Shown here: piece by piece, positions 1-8,176 of the stretch | Numbering within the stretch: the stretch's first letter is position 1 | How the letters are laid out: the number at the start of each line of letters is the position of its first letter | IMG/VR virus record: IMGVR_UViG_3300045988_081729 | Length of the DNA: 42,398 nucleotides | Direction: 5' to 3' (one strand) | Source of the DNA: a virus | Position numbers and translations under genes: made by a program | The notes under the pieces: model-generated | Seen by the model: only the letters and a program-made list of their open reading frames with translations | The model's database searches: none | What the model was told of the DNA's origin: nothing

Positions 1-99
1 GGTGGCAGATGGGTGGCAATGCCACCCATTCAAAAAATATATTGCATTGCTTCTATAATATACGTTATCAGAACATTGAAAAATGACCACAAAAAAAAC
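1..99. repeat. Direct terminal repeat, copy 1 (identical to 42300-42398)
   Basis: Read base by base: ggtggcagatgggtggcaatgccaccc...gaccacaaaaaaaac occurs at both ends. The window starts and stops exactly at the repeat limits. Confidence 0.95.
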
Positions 100-108
100 G
101 ATTCTTTT

Positions 109-137
109 CGCCGCGTAGCTGCGGCGTTTCTTTTTTT
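109..137 (+). terminator. Rho-independent terminator, first of a tandem pair
   Basis: CGCCGC / GCGGCG 6-bp stem (109-114, 121-126) followed by TTTCTTTTTTT. Confidence 0.55.
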
Positions 138-170
138 GCCCCGGGAGCTCCCCGGGGCTTTTTTAATTTT
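138..170 (+). terminator. Rho-independent terminator, second of a tandem pair
   Basis: GCCCCGGG / CCCGGGGC 8-bp GC stem (138-145, 151-158) followed by TTTTTTAATTTTT. It faces the 3' end of the minus-strand lysin gene. Confidence 0.6.
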
Positions 171-1253
171 TCACTGGCGATTGCACCATTCCTGCAGAGC
201 CTTGACCATAGCAGAAGGATTGCTGATCACACCGTCAACCATCGTGCCGAGCTTTTTCTGCATCGCTCGGATGGTCTGTGGCCCGATGTAGCCGTCCGCG
301 GTTACTCCTGCCCATCTCTGCATGGCCTTGATCAGATCGGAGCCGCCGGACAGTTTATCAGACCATTCGGCCGCCGCGATGCCAGCGCAGTATTCTTTGT
401 TAGCTGTTGGCTGATCGCTGATCACGCCGTCTACTCCGGTTTTAAAAATCTCCTGCAAGCGTTTGGTCAGCTCCGGTCCCCATACTCCATCAACCGAAAT
501 CGCTTTTACGGTCGATTCTTCTTTCGGAGCTGCTCCGCCGTAAGTGCAATACTTAGTATGGCAGTTAATCCAGCCAGCGCCAGAGAGCAACCGTCCCCAA
601 CTCGTATTCTGGATTTCCGTCACCGTATAGCTGCCCTTATCCCGGATTACTCCGACGATTTTACTGTCTGCATCTGGTGCACTTCTAATATTAAGCGCTG
701 CATCGTTGACTTTATAGATTCCAGGCTCGTATTTCGTATTTTCCGGCTGCTTCGGCGTGTTGGATGCACCGCTGATCAACTTCTTGAAGCGACCCCAGTC
801 ATCCCTTTCCATAATCTGGCTAGGGCAGTGCTTGCTGCAGATATCATAGTGCCGATATACCCTGGATGCCGGGATTCCGGTTTTTCTCATGATCTCCTTG
901 ACCACCGCAACGGTATTACGGAAAGCCTTCTCATAGTCATATCCGCTCTGCACACACATTTCCACGCCGATGCTGCTCCGATTGCCATAGCGTCCAAACA
1001 GGTTAGCACCGCCATAGTTGACTCCGACGTGCCAGCATCCGCGGTTATGCGGCGCGGCCTGGTAGGCAGTGTCGCCATCATCAACGTAATAGTGGGCAGA
1101 CATATTGGACAGCTCACCATTATGCTGCGCTTCTGCGTGTGTGCGGGCATCGGCACCCGCTCTGAAATTATCTGTGTTGTGGACTACAATACACCGCGGA
1201 TCGTTCTCTTCGTAGGTGTTCTGGTTGCTGATAAAAGATCTGTCAATTCTCAT
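171..1253 (-). CDS. Endolysin: N-acetylmuramoyl-L-alanine amidase (Amidase_2/PGRP fold) + SH3-like + peptidoglycan-binding repeats
   Basis: N-terminus IVVHNTDN...HYYVDD...WHVG...SIGVEMC...HYDICSKHCP is typical of Amidase_2. Middle YKVNDAALNIRSAPDADSKIVG is SH3_3-like. C-terminal VDGVWGPELT / ADGYIGPQT are PG_binding-like repeats. It is the last gene of the lysis cassette. Confidence 0.9.
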   Translation of the reverse strand: MRIDRSFISNQNTYEENDPRCIVVHNTDNFRAGADARTHAEAQHNGELSNMSAHYYVDDGDTAYQAAPHNRGCWHVGVNYGGANLFGRYGNRSSIGVEMCVQSGYDYEKAFRNTVAVVKEIMRKTGIPASRVYRHYDICSKHCPSQIMERDDWGRFKKLISGASNTPKQPENTKYEPGIYKVNDAALNIRSAPDADSKIVGVIRDKGSYTVTEIQNTSWGRLLSGAGWINCHTKYCTYGGAAPKEESTVKAISVDGVWGPELTKRLQEIFKTGVDGVISDQPTANKEYCAGIAAAEWSDKLSGGSDLIKAMQRWAGVTADGYIGPQTIRAMQKKLGTMVDGVISNPSAMVKALQEWCNRQ

Positions 1254-1289
1254 GATACTTCCCTTTCTCCGGCAGATTTGCGCCGGCGC

Positions 1290-1314
1290 AAAAAAGGACG
1301 GTTATTGGCCGCCC
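1290..1314 (-). terminator. Possible attenuator hairpin between holin and endolysin
   Basis: Minus strand GGGCGG-ccaataa-CCGTCC (one G-U pair) followed by TTTTTT, directly after the holin stop. Confidence 0.35.
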
Positions 1315-1608
1315 TCACTCTGTTTTCTGTGTCTGCTTGATAATCTGATTCACATAATTGCTCAGCCCCGCCACAAGGATGCCCTGCGTGACCGCTGTAA
1401 AGACTGCCATCGCCGCCTGCTGGCCGGTGCACACCTCACTGGTAGCCAGCACCCAGATGGCGCACAGGACGATGCTCACGCCGCCGAGAATCAGAGGAAT
1501 ATACTTATCCTTTACAGCCTGTGCCTGTTTCAGTCCCATGCCAAGGAAGTACAGGACAATAGCTACAATGATCAGTTCCGGTTTTACATAATTCATAATC
1601 TGTTCCAT
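1315..1608 (-). CDS. Holin (small membrane protein with hydrophobic helices)
   Basis: 97 aa with hydrophobic helices (PELIIVAIVLYFLGMGL, LILGGVSIVLCAIWVLA, AMAVFTAVTQGILVAGL) and a charged C-terminus. Sits immediately upstream of the endolysin. Confidence 0.8.
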   Translation of the reverse strand: MEQIMNYVKPELIIVAIVLYFLGMGLKQAQAVKDKYIPLILGGVSIVLCAIWVLATSEVCTGQQAAMAVFTAVTQGILVAGLSNYVNQIIKQTQKTE

Positions 1609-1609
1609 G

Positions 1610-1897
1610 TCAATCGCCTTTCTTTTTTAAGTGTAATTCATCAATTTCCTGCTTCATCTTTGTGATCATACCGTTTCCACCAAGCACATGATAGGCTTCG
1701 TACATCTCGCAGAAGTTCTGGTATGCATAGGATGGGATATCTCCAAGCTGTGTGTACTTGCTGTGGTACTCAATCAGCTGGACTCTGAGTAGTAACATAG
1801 TTCCCTTACTGTTCGCGTCTCGATCCCTTTTCTGATTTTTTAAGAGCCAGACGATGTAGCCCAGCAGCACTGGAAGTGCTATCGTATATGTCTGCAT
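1610..1897 (-). CDS. Lysis-cassette membrane protein (N-terminal TM helix + coiled C-terminus), function unknown
   Basis: The ORF track starts at a GTG (1933) with no RBS. ATG at 1897 gives MQTYTIALPVLLGYIVWLL..., a single TM helix. The stop overlaps the holin RBS. Start is uncertain. Confidence 0.55.
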   Translation of the reverse strand: MQTYTIALPVLLGYIVWLLKNQKRDRDANSKGTMLLLRVQLIEYHSKYTQLGDIPSYAYQNFCEMYEAYHVLGGNGMITKMKQEIDELHLKKKGD

Positions 1898-1950
1898 TAA
1901 TATTTCATTCACTGCTCTGTCTCTCTTTCCCACTATTGAACGCAGAAGAA

Positions 1951-1966
1951 GGACCGTTTCCGGCCC
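1951..1966 (-). terminator. Hairpin after the 87-aa gene (possible attenuator before the lysis cassette)
   Basis: Minus strand GGGCCG-gaaa-CGGTCC followed by TTCTTCTGCGTT (weak T tract). Confidence 0.3.
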
Positions 1967-2229
1967 TACTCAGTTTTTTCCTTTTCTTCCAGCTCTGCAG
2001 TGTACTTATCATACTCATCCCAGATGTCGTTCTCGAATTTGTCAACAACATCATCGATATCCTTTTTATTGGCACGATACTTTCTACCGTTGTTGATGTA
2101 GCGATTGATGATTGGAACATCCGGATGTTTTGCATCCATATTGGCGTCCATAGACACAACGGTCTCGCCGTCAACTGTGATGATTCCAGAATAATGAATG
2201 TCCTTTGTGTAAGTTGCTGATACTGCCAT
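1966..2229 (-). CDS. Hypothetical phage protein (87 aa) between tail fibre and lysis genes
   Basis: ATG preceded by AGGAGGA. Acidic C-terminus. No motif recognised. Confidence 0.6.
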   Translation of the reverse strand: MAVSATYTKDIHYSGIITVDGETVVSMDANMDAKHPDVPIINRYINNGRKYRANKKDIDDVVDKFENDIWDEYDKYTAELEEKEKTE

Positions 2230-2248
2230 ATTTTTGTCCTCCTAAAAA

Positions 2249-5200
2249 TTAATTTGTATCTCCAGAGATATTATCTCTCATGGATTCAAGTTCACTTCTT
2301 AGATCCGCAACCTCTACTTCAAGGTTCGATCTTCTTTGCTTTTCGAGTTGAAGCTCATGCGTTATTATCGCAATCAAATTGGTATATACCATACTATAAG
2401 TATCAATATAGCCATCCTCAGTGTTCTTCCTGTCGTGGTGTACCAGATCCAGCTCGTCTTCTCGGATTCCTAGTTCTCGCATGGCTTCTACGACATCCTG
2501 TGCGACGAATCCATAACAAATGCGCCCATCACCGTCAATCATCCGATACTGAACTGGTTTTAAGCGATCGAACAGCTCTGAATGAATATCCGTCTTATTG
2601 ATCTTGCTCTCACCGAGTGGAAATATGTTTGTTTTGGCGCGGCGATCGGATGTGACCTGTGGGGAGTTTTTAACGATCAAACGCTCCCATACTCTTCCAC
2701 TATCTCCTAGCATAATCTTTTCGGAGTACGCCTTGGTCGGTGCGAACGCTCCAGTATACACTCCTCCAGACCAGCCACAGCCATAAAATTCGACCTCTGC
2801 CTGATAACCTTTCTTCTTTGATTCAAGAATAATGCTACCGTTACCAATATCGAAGTTTGCTTTGTTGTTGGCATCCGAGTAAGTATTTACAACGAAAGAA
2901 TCGTCAACAGCCCCGGCTATACAGCTTCCAGAAGAACTTGATGTCTCCAATACAGATTCGTGGACACCTTTAATATCTACATATTCGCTCTGGATTGACA
3001 GAGCCGCATTGCCGGATTTTGTTTCAACCAAAATCTTACCGACACCGCCACATAACTCAATAACCGCATCTTTTGCGTTCTTTCCAAGCTGGATCAACTT
3101 ATCACCATAATATGCGAGTGTCGTTCCTGCCCGGTTAAGAATTTCAAATGCTGATGTTGAAATCTTAGTCCGATAGCCAGACCAAGATCCGCTGGTTTTA
3201 TTACCAACTTCCAATCCGGTCCCATCAGTAAACTGCATAAAGTTGGTGGCTGTTTTTGCTGCTTGTAAAGGATTCGCATTAATTGAACCAGATGGTAAAG
3301 AAGCTAATTTGGTTGATGTCCACGTCACTGTATATGGACCAGAACCTTGAGTATAGTTAAATACTCTCAGCTGCCCATACGGTTCATTTAATCTTGTTAT
3401 AAGGCCCCACGTTGAAGTAGTCTTTTTATAAATCCATAACGACCATCCGCCTGAAGATCTTAGGAAATCCAATCCAGGATTTGAGTTATTTGCAGAGATA
3501 AAACTAAACTGGACATCTGTTGTCTCAAAACCTCTGCCACCAAGTTTAAATGTTGTTGGTTGATTTGCATACGAACCTGTGATCTTTATTGTAGCAAATT
3601 CGACATAAAGATTTGACTCACCGTTTCCATTTACCGTATGCACTACCTGATTTGCGTCCTTACCTGCAGCGCCCTGTGGACCTTGAGGACCTGTTGCGCC
3701 GGTTGCACCTTTATCTCCCTGAGGACCTTTATCGCCTTTTACACCTTGAGGACCTTGTGGTCCCTGAGGACCAGTTGCTCCTTTATCCCCTTTATCACCT
3801 TTGGCACCGGTTGCACCTGTGTCGCCTTTGCTTCCCGTGACGCAAACTGCTGTTGTCGTTGAAGTCGTGTTGTCAGTATAGGTAATCACCGATCTCGTCC
3901 AAATATATTTACTGTTCTCCCATCCAGGATAAGTCGTGCTCCACGATCCGCCGGACATGGCTGTTGCTGACGTTGATTTGTAATACTGTTCTACAATAGA
4001 TTTAACGCCTTTACCGGTTGCACCAGTCCCTCCAGTATCTCCTTTGTCACCTTTGGCTCCGGTTGCTCCCTGTGCTCCTGCAATGCAAACTCCATTTTGA
4101 TTTGGCGAATACGTTCTGTTACCAGCTCCGTCCGTTGTTACCGTACGGCTCCACATATACTTTCCATTAACCCATGTTGGCGCTGTCGTCGACCATGATC
4201 CTCCAGAAAGAGAAATCGGCGATGTCGAAAGATAATACTCCACGTCAACAAAAGACACATAATCCTCAGGTGCTGGAGTCCAGTCAGTTGCCGTATTGCC
4301 TTTTTCGATCTTAAGGTTTTTAAACTGATATGAGACCCCAACATTACTGTTCATTCCGGTAAAATATGTATTCTGTGAAGTTCCGCTAGGCAATGTTGCT
4401 GCTGATTTTACAACCCATACCAGTTTTGTCCATACATTCGCAACTGTTTTGTTGTTTACGGCTTTACATGATTGTATCAACATGTTTGAACTGTCACCAT
4501 GTCTAAAGCTTGGATCCATCGATGTAGAAACGCTTGCTTTGACATCTACGGATACGGTATAATTCGTGTCAGCCTCCCATTTTGTGCGTCCAATATAAGA
4601 AAACTGTATTACAGACCATCCGGATTGTTTTACCGAATCTCGTGTAAGTTTACATGTATTAACCCCAGTTTCGGATACAGATTCTTTGGAATAGCCGCCA
4701 GTTTGCATTGACCAACTCCATCCGGTTGTTCCTTTATTGGTATTGGTCGCCAAATTTCGCCCACCAACGACGATTCCCTCTGGAGTGCTACCAACATTAT
4801 AAGCAGTTGAAGTAGTATTGTCTGTGTAGGTAATAATTGTACGAGTCCAGAAATATGGCTTATCTGCACTTGTTGCCGGAGGAGTTGCCGACCATACCCC
4901 CGTAGGAATCGTTGTTCCTGAAGAACTTGCTTGGTACGTAACCGCCGTTGACTTAACACCTTTTCCAGTTGCCCCGGTATCGCCCTTATCTCCCTTACTG
5001 CCGGTAGCTCCTGTTGCACCCCTCGGGATAATTGTATGGCTTATACACAAACCTTTCAGATCTCCAGATGCAGTATTACTCCGATAATAAGCAACATGAG
5101 CATTTTTTGTGTCCGTTGCAGTTCCAACGATTGCAAACATATCACCAATCCGGCAACCATTACGGATACCAGATGTGCTGGACCAAGTTTCTTCGCGATT

Positions 5201-8176
5201 AATCGTTCCATATCTTGTCCACTGAGACTCGGTGAAGGCATCTCTAACCACATTTGCCACAAGACTATATCCCTGTGAACCAGTAGCCCCTGTAGCACCT
5301 TTGTTACCATATACACCGATAACTCGTTTTGTTGTGTCTACAGTTGTCCCATTTGTATAAGTAATTGTCTCGTAGTTCCAGAGATATTTATTGCTCTCTG
5401 TCATTGTCGGAACCGTAGACGACCATGAGGTAGGAACAGTCGAATTTGACGCGGAGACTGCATAATGCTCGGTAATACTCTTAATACCATTTCCGGTTGA
5501 TCCGGTATCACCTTTATCCCCTTTACTTCCCTGATCACCGTATGATCCAATGACGCAAGGCATAGTTGTACTCGCCACGGTTCCGTCGGTATACTTCACA
5601 ACCTCATAATTCCAAAGATACTTCTTAGCCGCAGACACCGACTGGACAGCTGTTGTCCATCCACTCGTCGCCGTTGTAACTCCGCTGGAAGATGCCGTTG
5701 CCAGGTAATAATTGACTACTGATCCAATACTCTTTCCATTGGTGCCATTTGCACCATTGGTTCCCATACGGCCGACACTATATATCGTGGATGTTGTGTT
5801 GTCAGTGTAAGTGATGATTGTACGTGTCCACAGATACTGCCCCGCGGATGCAGATGGCACAGACCCAGACCATGTGCCAGTTGGAACTGTTGTTCCGGAA
5901 GTTGAAACCTGGTATGCAACAGATGTCGATTTAATCCCCTTACCCGTATCACCCTTATCACCTTTGGCTCCAGCCTCGCCTTTGATTTTCGCCCACTTAT
6001 ACATTCCGACACTTGTAGGATCATCTTTTGCATAGTCCACGCATGTTCCGATATAAGCGCCAATATCCTCACCACTGTTCCCGGTGAATGTCTTCCCACC
6101 GTCATTACTATATTTGATGTGCAGATAACTGGTTTTCCCGTCTGCTCCATTGGTACCTGAAATTCCCTGTTTTCCCTGTGGCCCCTGCGAACCTTCCAGC
6201 TGCTGCCAGCTGTACTTCTTCGGATCATCCGAATCCGTCTGTGTAAAATCCACATACGTTCCAATGTATTTTGACGGTGTCTCTGTCATCTGAGACGCAT
6301 AGGTCGGATTCGAAACCGCAGAATATTTGATGTGAAAATACGTCGTTTTTCCATCTTTTCCGTCAGCGCCTTTGGGTCCCTGGATTCCCTGATCACCCTT
6401 ATCGCCCTGCAGGCCGCGCAGTCCTTGCTCGCCCGGATCTCCCTTATCTCCTTTCGGCCCCTGAAATTTGCTCCAATGATACTTCGCCGGATTGGTGCTG
6501 TCAGCCTTGGTAAAATCCACGTATTGGCCTATATACGTTTTATCGACGGCGTTGGTTGTCGAAAAGCCTGTCTTTCCATCCGCGCTTGTTGCATAAGCGA
6601 TATGCAGATAACTGGTTTCACCATTCGCACCGTTTTCTCCAGGGGTTCCATCGGCGCCGTCCTCTCCGTCATCGCCCTGAAATTTTCGCCAGGTGTACTT
6701 GGTCGGATCTGTACTGTCCTCCAATATATAGTCCACGTAGGTACCGATATATTTTCCTGTATCCTTCCGCAACTGATTTGCTGTCGGGTTCGGAACATCA
6801 GCATATCTCACATGGAAGAAACTAGTCAGACCATTCTTTCCGGGCTCTCCCGCAATTCCCTGCTCTCCAACAACCTTTACCCAGGTATAGATGCTCGGGT
6901 CTGTAAGTACCGGCTGTTTTGTCGTCTGATTGTATGCGATACCCATGTATGTCTTTCCAGCTGATTTGAGCGATATTCCGCCGCCCGTTTCCGTATCAGC
7001 AAACACAACCCAAGTGTAAAACGTCCGGTTCTTTGCCAGTTTTTCAAACTGTGCAGCCAGGCTCTCCATCTTTTCTGAAATTCCACTCGATTTCAGCTTG
7101 TATTCGCCCAGCGTTGCCGTGTACTCATCATTGCAAATGGAGGACTCCAGTTTCATGATTCTTGCAGACAAATACAGTTCTCCGGCATCATCTACAATGT
7201 TCACTGTATCGCCGATCTTGATTCCATCCGGCAGATACGCCAGTTCCACTTCGTAGGATACGGCTGCATCATAGATCTTTTTCAGCTTTGATACGGCACG
7301 ATTGCACAACTCTGACTGACTTAACGTATCATAGGTGTAAGTCTGGACAATATGACCGGTTCCATTTCCTTTTTCGGAAAGATACCGGCTCCATTTGGCC
7401 ACTGCGCTCCGGGAATAAATCGTACTGCCGGACAGATATATATCGCCGTCATCATACTTATACCCTTTCAGATTGATCGGCGTTTCACTGTCTTCCGGAT
7501 ATCCGCCGGTAACGGAAAGTGCCGTAGCCAGATCTTCTACTGAACTTTTTACAATGATATTTTTCACTTCCCGGTTGATCCGAAGTTCTCGCCCCTGATC
7601 TACGCCGCGCTTCTTATGCAGGTTGATATATTTGTGCTTGATTTTCAACCGGTCGATTTCAAAAGTATAGGAAACTTCCGCGTCAAACTGCGTGGCAACG
7701 CTCAAAATACGCTCAGAAGCGGTGGTCTCACCCTCCCAGGACAGTTTCCGGTTATAATTGCTGACCTCATTGATTCCAATTTCAAAGCCGGAATCGTCGC
7801 TGAATTTTTCAACATAGTAGCTCGCTGGATATGCCTTGTCTGCTTTGTATTCGCCAACTGTCTCGTTCAGGAGATCCATACCGGCATCCTCGGCATAGAT
7901 TTCTACTTCCTGTTTGAAAATATTTTCTTCGCTGGTAATGATCGTATAAAATTCCTGCTCATCGCCATTCTTCCGAAGAATATAATTGCCAACAGAACCA
8001 TACTGTTTCGCATCATTCCGCGTGCTCGCCGTGTAATTCAGCGTAAATTCTAGTGTAGCAACACCTGCTTCCACCTCTTCTGTTTTCAGATCATCAGAAA
8101 TGTACAATCCCTTCGGTAGCTCTGTGCTTGCCTGCCCAAGGACATTCATATGTCGGTCCGCAAAATATAAAATCAT
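2249..8176 (-). CDS. Giant tail-associated fibre/host-recognition protein (1975 aa): Tal-like N-terminus, repeat modules, collagen-like tracts, CBM-like domain, C-terminal S74 intramolecular chaperone
   Basis: True start is ATG 8176 (GGGAGGTG RBS, ATGA overlap with the Dit stop), not 8281. N-terminus MILYFADRHMNVLG... looks like a siphovirus tail-associated protein. Multiple G-X-Y runs. The C-terminus SDRRAKTNI...YGFVAQDV...coiled coil matches the Peptidase_S74 auto-cleaving chaperone. Confidence 0.85.
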   Translation of the reverse strand: MILYFADRHMNVLGQASTELPKGLYISDDLKTEEVEAGVATLEFTLNYTASTRNDAKQYGSVGNYILRKNGDEQEFYTIITSEENIFKQEVEIYAEDAGMDLLNETVGEYKADKAYPASYYVEKFSDDSGFEIGINEVSNYNRKLSWEGETTASERILSVATQFDAEVSYTFEIDRLKIKHKYINLHKKRGVDQGRELRINREVKNIIVKSSVEDLATALSVTGGYPEDSETPINLKGYKYDDGDIYLSGSTIYSRSAVAKWSRYLSEKGNGTGHIVQTYTYDTLSQSELCNRAVSKLKKIYDAAVSYEVELAYLPDGIKIGDTVNIVDDAGELYLSARIMKLESSICNDEYTATLGEYKLKSSGISEKMESLAAQFEKLAKNRTFYTWVVFADTETGGGISLKSAGKTYMGIAYNQTTKQPVLTDPSIYTWVKVVGEQGIAGEPGKNGLTSFFHVRYADVPNPTANQLRKDTGKYIGTYVDYILEDSTDPTKYTWRKFQGDDGEDGADGTPGENGANGETSYLHIAYATSADGKTGFSTTNAVDKTYIGQYVDFTKADSTNPAKYHWSKFQGPKGDKGDPGEQGLRGLQGDKGDQGIQGPKGADGKDGKTTYFHIKYSAVSNPTYASQMTETPSKYIGTYVDFTQTDSDDPKKYSWQQLEGSQGPQGKQGISGTNGADGKTSYLHIKYSNDGGKTFTGNSGEDIGAYIGTCVDYAKDDPTSVGMYKWAKIKGEAGAKGDKGDTGKGIKSTSVAYQVSTSGTTVPTGTWSGSVPSASAGQYLWTRTIITYTDNTTSTIYSVGRMGTNGANGTNGKSIGSVVNYYLATASSSGVTTATSGWTTAVQSVSAAKKYLWNYEVVKYTDGTVASTTMPCVIGSYGDQGSKGDKGDTGSTGNGIKSITEHYAVSASNSTVPTSWSSTVPTMTESNKYLWNYETITYTNGTTVDTTKRVIGVYGNKGATGATGSQGYSLVANVVRDAFTESQWTRYGTINREETWSSTSGIRNGCRIGDMFAIVGTATDTKNAHVAYYRSNTASGDLKGLCISHTIIPRGATGATGSKGDKGDTGATGKGVKSTAVTYQASSSGTTIPTGVWSATPPATSADKPYFWTRTIITYTDNTTSTAYNVGSTPEGIVVGGRNLATNTNKGTTGWSWSMQTGGYSKESVSETGVNTCKLTRDSVKQSGWSVIQFSYIGRTKWEADTNYTVSVDVKASVSTSMDPSFRHGDSSNMLIQSCKAVNNKTVANVWTKLVWVVKSAATLPSGTSQNTYFTGMNSNVGVSYQFKNLKIEKGNTATDWTPAPEDYVSFVDVEYYLSTSPISLSGGSWSTTAPTWVNGKYMWSRTVTTDGAGNRTYSPNQNGVCIAGAQGATGAKGDKGDTGGTGATGKGVKSIVEQYYKSTSATAMSGGSWSTTYPGWENSKYIWTRSVITYTDNTTSTTTAVCVTGSKGDTGATGAKGDKGDKGATGPQGPQGPQGVKGDKGPQGDKGATGATGPQGPQGAAGKDANQVVHTVNGNGESNLYVEFATIKITGSYANQPTTFKLGGRGFETTDVQFSFISANNSNPGLDFLRSSGGWSLWIYKKTTSTWGLITRLNEPYGQLRVFNYTQGSGPYTVTWTSTKLASLPSGSINANPLQAAKTATNFMQFTDGTGLEVGNKTSGSWSGYRTKISTSAFEILNRAGTTLAYYGDKLIQLGKNAKDAVIELCGGVGKILVETKSGNAALSIQSEYVDIKGVHESVLETSSSSGSCIAGAVDDSFVVNTYSDANNKANFDIGNGSIILESKKKGYQAEVEFYGCGWSGGVYTGAFAPTKAYSEKIMLGDSGRVWERLIVKNSPQVTSDRRAKTNIFPLGESKINKTDIHSELFDRLKPVQYRMIDGDGRICYGFVAQDVVEAMRELGIREDELDLVHHDRKNTEDGYIDTYSMVYTNLIAIITHELQLEKQRRSNLEVEVADLRSELESMRDNISGDTN

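Noticed and set aside
1-99. Reading the 99-bp end repeats as attL/attR of an integrated prophage with flanking host DNA
   Set aside because: The window starts and ends exactly at the repeat boundaries, no host genes are present, and the int-attP-lysin arrangement is continuous. A circular genome or assembly overlap is the simpler reading, though this cannot be proven without reads.
558-1340. Long plus-strand ORFs lying antisense to the minus-strand operon, e.g. 558-1340, 9677-10222, 10227-10913, 11637-12317, 12837-13367, 17610-18209, 35491-36222
   Set aside because: They overlap well-supported minus-strand genes across their full length and have no RBS. Their low-complexity composition (Ala/Pro/Ser-rich mirror of the Ala/Gly-rich sense frame) is typical of shadow ORFs.
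2249-8176. Possibility that the repeated fibre modules are a diversity-generating retroelement (TR/VR pair)
   Set aside because: No reverse transcriptase gene exists anywhere in the window. The repeats differ at all nucleotide types rather than mainly at adenines. They are in-frame structural modules.
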